From Myxococcota bacterium (lineage in GTDB: Bacteria > Myxococcota_A > Polyangia > Polyangiales > Houyiibacteriaceae): a DNA stretch of 26,724 nt. The translations under genes and the position numbers were made by a program. Positions 16,869-24,337 of this stretch are shown here, one piece after another. The notes below the pieces were generated by a model. It saw only the letters and a list, made by a program, of their open reading frames with translations, was not told the origin of the DNA and made no database searches. The DNA is taken from the NCBI GenBank assembly GCA_039030515.1, contig JBCCEA010000047.1:1-26724 (forward strand), in the 5' to 3' direction. Position 1 is the stretch's first letter, and each line of letters begins with the position of its first letter.

Positions 16869-17476
16869 TACGACGGATTACGAAGTACGGAGATGCTTTC
16901 TTCCTTTGCCAGCTTCCCTTGCCAGCTTTCGACATCGCCCTGGATGTGAGAGAAGAAGCACACAGGAACAAAAAGCACACTTATTGATCCGATGTGCGAT
17001 GGGAGGTTGTAAATCTCTATTTTAGGGCCCGAGACTCAGGTTTTTCATGCTGAACGGAAGCGCACGGGTAGCCAAAAGATAGAGATAACTAAGTGCCGAG
17101 GTGTCGAATGTGACGTGTGGTGTGACAACGCGTGACGAAACAACCCTAAAAACCACAGGTATGTGACGTATACTATCAGCCTATGGTCGATTCTCGATGG
17201 AGCGAGCAAAAATGCATTTGGCATTCAGATATTGGTGCTAGGCTAAAGCACATTAGCGGCCAAGAGTTAGGTCGCACTCAGTTCTCAGGCGACACATCAA
17301 AGCAGGCAGCCTAACAAGTTTAGATGGCCCAGCATTGATCGCCCAAACCTAGTTCGCTCAGGTTCAATCAACTCAAATTCAGCTCACGGTGGAACGCGGC
17401 CGCAGTACCTATTTCGGGGTGGAGAACGAAATGGTAGTCCCGGCACGTTTGATCTCATTTAGTTCGGGGGGGAGTT

Positions 17477-18700
17477 ATGGATCCGGTAGAGAGTTCGCAA
17501 GACGGCCGCAAGACGCTTCCCGGGTGGGGAGGCTTGCGGGGTTCACAAATCGCCGACAATCAGAACGATTTTTGCCCTCGCGCAATCGATGCGATCCGAT
17601 ACCCGGTCCCCGAGACGATACCTCGCGCGCCGAGTCGGCTTCGCACACCCACTCCTTCTGAGCCGGAGGATGCTTTTGAAGTCTCCGTCGTGTGCCGGAG
17701 GCCCCGCCCGGCTGACGACGGCAGGTTCGACGAACGCAAGAGCCAGGGTCGGTCTGTCGACGAGGTTCCGGATGATGCACTGGTGCTCAAGCAGCTCCGC
17801 TCTTTTCGCACTCCGCGTGTTCATCCCTCCAGTGTTCGCCCCTCTCGTGTTCGCCCAGACGATCGGTGGCGTTCTTCGCAGCATCGACTGCCCTTTGCAC
17901 CGAGACGTGCTCGAGATCGGATTGGCGGTAGGTCGCTCGCCCGAGAGGGAAGTCGGGTTGGGTGCGAAGCGCCTATCCCTGCAGATGAGGTTCCGGCTTT
18001 TGCCGCAGCGCTTTCGGAGCTCGAGCGCCCCGAATTTGATCGTTCTCGATCTGAACCCCGTTCCGTGTTGTGGCGCGTTCCTGTCGAGCCCACTGCCGAG
18101 GGATGGCTGGAGTGCCTGCATCGATGGGGGCCTTTCGCGGCGGTGCGTTTGGACCACCGTGGACGCATTAGGATGCAGGTGGTGGTCGGCGTTTATCGAA
18201 TGTCTCTGGAGAATCCGTCTCGGTCCGGTCTTCGATTGGTTCGTCGCTCCACCCCAGAGCAGAGTGCCGCAGTCGAGTTGCTGGATGCGGACGGAACCAC
18301 CCACCTGATGGACTTTGACCTCTTTGCCCACTCACTCATCGACGTGTCTGGTTTTTACGATCACCACGATGAAGACGACACAGCTTGGCCCGGCCTTCTC
18401 GCTCTTTGCTGCGAAGGATCTTCCTGCGGCGGTGGATCCCCCGGTCGATGCCGTTGCTTGAACGAGTACGATGTCCTGCTTCGTTCGAGCTGGCTGTCCG
18501 ATGCGCATGTCTCAGGCGGGGGAGGTTCTGAGTCTGACACCGCGTCGACGTTGGGGGGATGGCGTCGGGTGAGTCGCTTTGGGGTTCGGCAACACCTACC
18601 CGAAAAGGGGAGGTCAGAAGCCGTTCAGAGTTCGCTTGATAGGGAATGTGCAGTTCCCGACGGCATGCAGCGCTCAAGGCAAACGCAGCCTGCCGTGTAG
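17477..18700 (+). CDS. Hypothetical protein; central region may be a degenerate papain-like fold
   Basis: 407-aa ORF preceded by GGGGGAG and co-oriented with rnhB. R/P/S-rich N-terminus; structured-looking core PTAEGWLECLHRWGPFAAV...MQVVVGVY...VELLDADG...MDFDLF. Confidence 0.55.
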   Translation: MDPVESSQDGRKTLPGWGGLRGSQIADNQNDFCPRAIDAIRYPVPETIPRAPSRLRTPTPSEPEDAFEVSVVCRRPRPADDGRFDERKSQGRSVDEVPDDALVLKQLRSFRTPRVHPSSVRPSRVRPDDRWRSSQHRLPFAPRRARDRIGGRSLAREGSRVGCEAPIPADEVPAFAAALSELERPEFDRSRSEPRSVLWRVPVEPTAEGWLECLHRWGPFAAVRLDHRGRIRMQVVVGVYRMSLENPSRSGLRLVRRSTPEQSAAVELLDADGTTHLMDFDLFAHSLIDVSGFYDHHDEDDTAWPGLLALCCEGSSCGGGSPGRCRCLNEYDVLLRSSWLSDAHVSGGGGSESDTASTLGGWRRVSRFGVRQHLPEKGRSEAVQSSLDRECAVPDGMQRSRQTQPAV

Positions 18701-18757
18701 CGCCTCGTCTTCTGCTCAAGTGTTCGCTCCGGCTCGTGTCTGCTAGCGTGCGCGCGG

Positions 18758-19543
18758 ATGAGGAAAGGCCGACGAAGCATCGTCGAACTGCGACGGATGT
18801 ATCTCGACGAGCAGCATCCGATGGGACCCGAGGAAGAGCGAGCTCTTTCGCTAGACCCGCGTACCGGAGCCCAGGCGGTACTGCGCGTGATTCGTGCACG
18901 TCGAGAGCAGAATAGGCGCGAGCAGCTGCGCTTGGAGCTTATGTTACGTCACGAACAGCGGCTTTGGTCCGATGGCTATTCTTTGGTAGCCGGCATCGAC
19001 GAAGCCGGAATGAGCCCTTTGGCGGGTCCGGTGGTCGCAGCCGCTATTATCCTCCCCAAGGACTACCGTTTGGCGGGGGTTGACGACAGTAAGAAGCTCA
19101 GTGCGTCGAAGCGAGAGTATCTTGCTATAGAGCTGAAAAAACATGCGCTTGCCTGGGCCATCGGCTCAGCGCTCCCCTCTGAAATCGATGAGATCAATAT
19201 CTACCACGCAGGCCTCCTTGCGATGCGCCGCGCCGCCGAAGGGCTCGACCCGCAACCGGACGCCCTGCTCATCGATGCCCGTCCCCTCAAGGCCGTTCCG
19301 CTGCGCCAGGAGTCGATCGTTAAGGGAGATCAAGAATCCTTCTCTATCGCTGCAGCATCGATTCTTGCAAAAACAAACCGAGACGCTCTCATGTGCGCTC
19401 TCGATGAGAGGTTTCCAGAATACGGATTCGCGAAACACAAAGGTTATCCGGTAGCTGCACACGTCAACGCGCTGCGACGTTTTGGCGCTTGTCCAGAGCA
19501 TCGGAGGAGCTTTGCGCCCGTCCGCGCAGTTTTGGCCAGGTGA
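18758..19543 (+). CDS. rnhB: Ribonuclease HII
   Basis: AGIDEAG, PLAGPVVAAA, DDSKKL, LLIDA, IVKGD, SIAAASILAK, HKGYP and HRRSF. Confidence 0.97.
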   Translation: MRKGRRSIVELRRMYLDEQHPMGPEEERALSLDPRTGAQAVLRVIRARREQNRREQLRLELMLRHEQRLWSDGYSLVAGIDEAGMSPLAGPVVAAAIILPKDYRLAGVDDSKKLSASKREYLAIELKKHALAWAIGSALPSEIDEINIYHAGLLAMRRAAEGLDPQPDALLIDARPLKAVPLRQESIVKGDQESFSIAAASILAKTNRDALMCALDERFPEYGFAKHKGYPVAAHVNALRRFGACPEHRRSFAPVRAVLAR

Positions 19544-19637
19544 GTCGCAGTTTTGGTTAGATGAGTTATCGGGCGTGCGCCCGCGGAGACCGAACCGGCT
19601 TGCCCGACTCGCACAGCTGACGTAGAGCCGGCACGCT

Positions 19638-21224
19638 GTGCACGAGTACGAACGTCGGCGAACTTTCGCCATCATTTCTCATCCGGATGCCGGCAAAACC
19701 ACGCTGACGGAAAAGCTGCTGCTTTACGGAGGAGCCATCCATACGGCGGGCGCGGTGAAGTCTCGTAAGTCCAAACGCTCTGCGGTGAGCGACTGGATGA
19801 AGATGGAAAAAGACCGAGGTATTTCGGTAACTTCCTCTGTTCTGCAGTTTAACTACGACGGAATCCGCTGGAACCTGCTCGACACTCCCGGACACCAAGA
19901 CTTCAGTGAAGACACCTACCGTACGCTCACTGCGGCGGACTGCGCGATCATGCTCATCGATGCCGCCAAGGGCGTGGAGCCGCAAACCCGCAAGCTGTTT
20001 CACGTGTGCCGTATGCGCGGCACTCCGATCGTGACGTTCGTCAACAAGCTCGACAGGCCTGCGCGCGACGCTTTTGATCTGATGAGCGAGGTCGAAGAGG
20101 TGCTCGGAATCGATACGGTTCCCTTCACCTGGCCCGTAGGGAGCGGAGACCTTTTTCAGGGCGTCTACGATCGTCAGTTACGTAAGGTGCTGCGTTTCGA
20201 AAAAACGGTCGGCAACGCCAAACGGGCAGAAGTTCAGGTTCGCGGTATCGACGATCCCGAGCTGGAGTCCTTGCTGCGCGAAGAGCCCGCGCAGACCCTG
20301 CGTGACGAGGTCGCACTGCTCGACGGCGCCGGTGAAGTGTTCGACCTACAGAGGTTTCTGACCGGCGGGATGACCCCTGTCTTTTTCGGTAGTGCCCTCA
20401 CCAATTTTGGGGTGGAACCTTTTCTCGAGTCGTTCGAGGACCTTTGCCCGCGCCCGTCGATGCGCCTGTCGGCCGACGGCGACGAGATCGTGCCCGATGA
20501 CGAGCGCTTCAGCGCTTTTGTATTCAAGGTTCAGGCAAATATGGACCCTTCCCATCGGGACCGCGTCGCGTTTGTGCGGATCTGCTCCGGTCGATTCGAG
20601 GGGGGAATGCGGGTGCACCACTATCGTTTGGGCAAGGAAATCCGCCTCAATCGAGCTGAACAGTTCTTTGCGCAAGAGCGAGAGACCGTTCGTGAAGCCT
20701 GGGCGGGAGATATCGTCGGTCTCTACGATCCCGGTTTGTTTCGGATTGGAGATACCCTCAGCACTCGGGGACCTATTCGATTCGACGCGGTACCTCGCTT
20801 TTCGCCAGAGCACTTTGCGCGCGCCGAGTTGACCGACCCCATGCGTCGCAAACAGATGCAAAAGGGGATTCAAGAACTCGCAGAAGAGGGCACGATCCAG
20901 GTGTTTGTGCAGCCTGGACGCGAAAAGGATCTCATCTGCGGCGTTGTCGGGAAGCTCCAGTTCGATGTGCTGCAGTTTCGTCTTGAACACGAGTACGGTG
21001 CGAAAATGCGTCTCGACGTGCTGCCGTTCCAGTTTGCGCGCTGGGTCGAAGGTCCCTCAGATCCCAAGGAGCTTGAGAGGGCTCGGGTCCCCATGGCCGT
21101 CCATGATCAGCACGGTCAGCTCGTCGCTCTTTTGCGGGATCACTGGGAGCTTACGCGCGTGGTGGACGCCAATCGGGACTGGGTATTTCACGAGACCGCC
21201 CCCATTCGGGTTGAAAACGGATAG
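19638..21224 (+). CDS. prfC: Peptide chain release factor 3
   Basis: RRRTFAIISHPDAGKTTLTEKLLL, RGISVTSS, DTPGHQDFSEDTYRTL, NKLD, FGSA and FKVQANMDPSHRDR. Confidence 0.98.
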   Translation: MHEYERRRTFAIISHPDAGKTTLTEKLLLYGGAIHTAGAVKSRKSKRSAVSDWMKMEKDRGISVTSSVLQFNYDGIRWNLLDTPGHQDFSEDTYRTLTAADCAIMLIDAAKGVEPQTRKLFHVCRMRGTPIVTFVNKLDRPARDAFDLMSEVEEVLGIDTVPFTWPVGSGDLFQGVYDRQLRKVLRFEKTVGNAKRAEVQVRGIDDPELESLLREEPAQTLRDEVALLDGAGEVFDLQRFLTGGMTPVFFGSALTNFGVEPFLESFEDLCPRPSMRLSADGDEIVPDDERFSAFVFKVQANMDPSHRDRVAFVRICSGRFEGGMRVHHYRLGKEIRLNRAEQFFAQERETVREAWAGDIVGLYDPGLFRIGDTLSTRGPIRFDAVPRFSPEHFARAELTDPMRRKQMQKGIQELAEEGTIQVFVQPGREKDLICGVVGKLQFDVLQFRLEHEYGAKMRLDVLPFQFARWVEGPSDPKELERARVPMAVHDQHGQLVALLRDHWELTRVVDANRDWVFHETAPIRVENG

Positions 21225-21484
21225 CACTTGAGCCGGGAAAACCCTCGGCACTTGGCCCGGGCAAGTCCTCTGCCGTCCTAGGTTGGCCGGCCACGACTTA
21301 TGTCGGCTTGGCCCGTAACGCTCGCCCGTTTCACCCCAACACAAGAGAACGGCGCTTCAATGAGCTCATGGCTTCTCGGTTTCGATGAATCTCGTCGGCC
21401 TGCTCCACGTCAGAGACATCGTTGCAAAGCCGCGCCGGAAGACCCAGAACCTGAGAGAAAACGTTCGAGAATGAAAAGGAAGAT

Positions 21485-22078
21485 ATGCTGATGCGTTATT
21501 TCATGAACTCTGCGCTAGCCTCGATAGTCCTAGGGCTTGTTCCCCTTGCGGTAGACGCTCAACCGCGGACTTTTGAGTTCGGTGGAACCGGCAATGGGGG
21601 CGTCCGTTTTCGCTCCGAAGCGCCACTTGAGACGATCGAAGGGACCTCCAACGCGATCGACGGTGAGGTGATCGTGGATCCCAACCGTCTTGCCGCCGCT
21701 CGGGGTAGGTTGATCGTACCGGTTCGCTCGATCCGTACTGGAGAGCCCACCCGCGACGAGCATCTCGCGGGGGCTGACTGGCTCGATTCGGAGCGCTATC
21801 CCAATATCGAGTTTCGACTGACCGAGGTCCTCGGTGCCAGCTCACTCACCCAGGGAACCGCAGCCGATGTGACGCTTGTTGGCGTGCTGAAGATCCACGG
21901 CGAAGAAAAGCCGGTGCGTGCATCGGGGCGCGTGTTGTGGACGGGCGATTCGGTCCGGGTACGCGCGGATTTCAAGGTTCAACTGAGCGACTTCAACGTC
22001 TCCATCCTGCCGCCGGCTCGGGCCAAAGTCTCCAATGAGATCACGGTCTCGATCAATGCCCAGGCCCGGGCTTCCTAG
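21485..22078 (+). CDS. YceI family protein (periplasmic lipid/polyisoprenoid-binding)
   Basis: Signal peptide ending in VDA; motifs SIRTGEPTRDEHL, WLDSERYPNIEF, GVLKIHG and LSDFNV. RBS-like AAGGAAG upstream. Confidence 0.92.
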   Translation: MLMRYFMNSALASIVLGLVPLAVDAQPRTFEFGGTGNGGVRFRSEAPLETIEGTSNAIDGEVIVDPNRLAAARGRLIVPVRSIRTGEPTRDEHLAGADWLDSERYPNIEFRLTEVLGASSLTQGTAADVTLVGVLKIHGEEKPVRASGRVLWTGDSVRVRADFKVQLSDFNVSILPPARAKVSNEITVSINAQARAS

Positions 22079-22093
22079 CGACGGTAGATGGTA

Positions 22094-22141
22094 GAACACC
22101 CGGCACTCTGAATACTCGGCACTCTGAATACCCAGCCTCCC
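22094..22141. repeat. Three degenerate 16-bp tandem units
   Basis: GAACACCCGGCACTCT / GAATACTCGGCACTCT / GAATACCCAGCCTCCC. Confidence 0.75.
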
Positions 22142-22248
22142 GGAGAAGCGCACGACGCCTCAGCCGGTCCCTTCGCAAAAACGGTCGGTCTTGTCGCGAA
22201 AGAGCGAATCCCGTAGGGCTTGCGACTCGGGAGGCTGTCATTCAGGTG
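22120..22248. other. Candidate structured RNA or long stem-loop element
   Basis: CAGCCTCCCG (22133-22142) pairs perfectly with CGGGAGGCTG (22228-22237). The stem is extended by CTGAAT (22124-22129)/ATTCAG (22240-22245), and there is an inner helix GTCGC (22193-22197)/GCGAC (22222-22226). Confidence 0.45.
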
Positions 22249-22284
22249 TGGTTCTGGCGCCGATGCACTACAGTGGCCTGAGGT

Positions 22285-24330
22285 ATGTCAGAACACGCTA
22301 CGGACAATCCGCTCCTTCAACTCAGCTTTGAGATCCCCTTCGATCGCATCCGCGCTCAGGATGTCGTTCCGGCCGTCGATCGATTGACGGCAGAAGCTCA
22401 AAAGCGCATCGACGCGATCGGCGATTTATCCGCCCCGCGTACATACGAAAACACCATGCAGGCGCTCGAGGCTGCCACAGAACAACTCGAGCTGGCGATG
22501 ACCGTGATCGGCCACCTGGAGAGCGTGGTGACGACTCCGGAACTGCGTGAGGCCTACAACGAAAGCCGTCCCAAGGTGAGCGCATTTTATTCCTCCATAC
22601 CGACCAACGCCGCCCTTTGGAACGCGGTCAAGGCGTTTGCCGCGACAGACGAGGCCAGCACACTTTCGCCCACCAAGACTCGCTACCTTCAGAAAACCCT
22701 AGATGATTTTCGGCGGCACGGCGCGGAGCTTTCGGAATCCGGTAAAGAACAGCTGAAGGCGCTCGACGTCGAGCTCACAAGCCTGACCACCCAGTTCTCG
22801 CAAAGCCTCCTCGACGCCACCAACGCCTTCGAGCTGCTCATCGAGGACGAAGCACGCTTGGCCGGTTTGCCGGATTCTGCCCGTCAACTTGCGAGGCACA
22901 GCGCCGCTGAAAAGGGCAAAAGCGGCTATCGATTCACCCTGCAAGCGCCCAGCGTGAACGCCGTACTCACCTACCTGGACGATGCGTCGATTCGCCAAGC
23001 GGTTTGGCGCGCCTACAACACCCGAGCAACGCGCGGGCCCCTCGACAACCGGCCCCGGATCGCCAGGATTCTCGAGTTGCGAAAAGAAAAGGCGCGGTTG
23101 CTTGGTTACTCGGACTTTGCAGATCTCGCGCTCGAAGATCGCATGGCTCAAAACGGAGCGCGTGCAGATGCCTTTGTTGCCGACCTTCGCGCAAAGACCG
23201 AGGCCTTTGCAAAGCAAGAAAACGAAGAGCTGCTCGCTTTTCGCAGAGAGCTGGAAGGTTCGGATTCGCCCCCGCTCGAACCTTGGGATATCGCCTACTA
23301 CGCCGAGAAGCTCCGCAAAGCGCGTTTCGACTTCGATGAAGAGGAGCTGCGGCCTTACTTTTCTGCCGATCGCGTTCTGCGGGGCATTTTCGAGACGGTG
23401 CGGCGTTTGTACGGAGTACGCATTGAAGAGCGGCAACTTCCGGTTTGGGAACCCTCGGTGCGCAGCTTCGCGTTTGTCGATGACTCGGGCAACACCACGG
23501 CAGCATTTTACGTGGACCTCTATCCCCGGGAAAACAAGCGTGGCGGCGCCTGGATGAATCCGCTCATCACCGCCGTGCCCGATAAGGAAGGCGCCCATCT
23601 CGGCCTCTTTTGCGCCAATGTTGATCCCCCCGTAGGCGACAAGGCCGCACTGCTGACGCATCGAAACGTGGAAACACTGTTTCACGAATTCGGCCATTTG
23701 ATGCACCACTGCGCCAGCGACGTGGAGGTTCGGAGTCTTGGCGGCACCAATGTCGCCTGGGATTTTGTCGAACTGCCCAGTCAGATCATGGAGAACTGGT
23801 GCTGGGAGCGGGAGGCCCTGGATCTTTTTGCAAGCCATCATGAAACCGATGAGCCCATCCCGCCGATTCTCTTTGAGAAGATGCGTCGCGCGCGCACATT
23901 TCGCGCAGCGAACGCGATGATGCGTCAACTGGGCCTTGCGACGGTAGACCTTGCTCTTCACCGGCGCTTTGATCTGGAGCGCGATGGCGACGTGCTCGCT
24001 TTTAGCCGTTCGGTACTCGCCGAGTTTGCTCCAGCTCCGCTGCCGCAGGACTACGCGATGATCGCGGGTTTTAGTCATCTTTTTGCAGGTCCAGTGGCTT
24101 ATGCGTCTGGCTACTACAGCTACAAATGGGCTGAAGTTTTGGATGCAGATGCGTTTTCCCGTTTTCAGCAGGAGGGGATCTACAATCCCGAGGTCGGCCG
24201 TGAATTTTATGAAAAGGTGCTCAAAAAGGGAGACTCGCGGGACCCAATAGCGCTTTTTGAGGACTTTCTCGGCCGGCAGCCACGTCTAGACGCTCTGCTC
24301 GAGAGGTCCGGGCTTTCCCTTCAGGGCTGA
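22285..24330 (+). CDS. prlC: M3A family oligopeptidase A
   Basis: NPLL N-terminus, DLYPRENKRGGAWM, TLFHEFGHLMH (HExxH), WDFVELPSQIMENW, FSHLF and GYYSYKWAEVLDADAF. GAGG RBS. Confidence 0.95.
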   Translation: MSEHATDNPLLQLSFEIPFDRIRAQDVVPAVDRLTAEAQKRIDAIGDLSAPRTYENTMQALEAATEQLELAMTVIGHLESVVTTPELREAYNESRPKVSAFYSSIPTNAALWNAVKAFAATDEASTLSPTKTRYLQKTLDDFRRHGAELSESGKEQLKALDVELTSLTTQFSQSLLDATNAFELLIEDEARLAGLPDSARQLARHSAAEKGKSGYRFTLQAPSVNAVLTYLDDASIRQAVWRAYNTRATRGPLDNRPRIARILELRKEKARLLGYSDFADLALEDRMAQNGARADAFVADLRAKTEAFAKQENEELLAFRRELEGSDSPPLEPWDIAYYAEKLRKARFDFDEEELRPYFSADRVLRGIFETVRRLYGVRIEERQLPVWEPSVRSFAFVDDSGNTTAAFYVDLYPRENKRGGAWMNPLITAVPDKEGAHLGLFCANVDPPVGDKAALLTHRNVETLFHEFGHLMHHCASDVEVRSLGGTNVAWDFVELPSQIMENWCWEREALDLFASHHETDEPIPPILFEKMRRARTFRAANAMMRQLGLATVDLALHRRFDLERDGDVLAFSRSVLAEFAPAPLPQDYAMIAGFSHLFAGPVAYASGYYSYKWAEVLDADAFSRFQQEGIYNPEVGREFYEKVLKKGDSRDPIALFEDFLGRQPRLDALLERSGLSLQG

Positions 24331-24337
24331 AACGAGA

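Noticed and set aside
17543..18331. Overlapping 262-aa (-) and 239-aa (+) ORFs
   Set aside because: No motifs; the 407-aa frame has an RBS and a more protein-like core.
21232..21275. Hairpins after prfC (GCCGGG-AAAA-CCCTCGGC; ACTTGGCCCGGGCAAGT)
   Set aside because: Short, imperfect and without a U-tract; plausible by chance at this GC content.
22699..24078. 459-aa minus-strand ORF
   Set aside because: Antisense shadow of the highly conserved prlC gene in GC-rich DNA.
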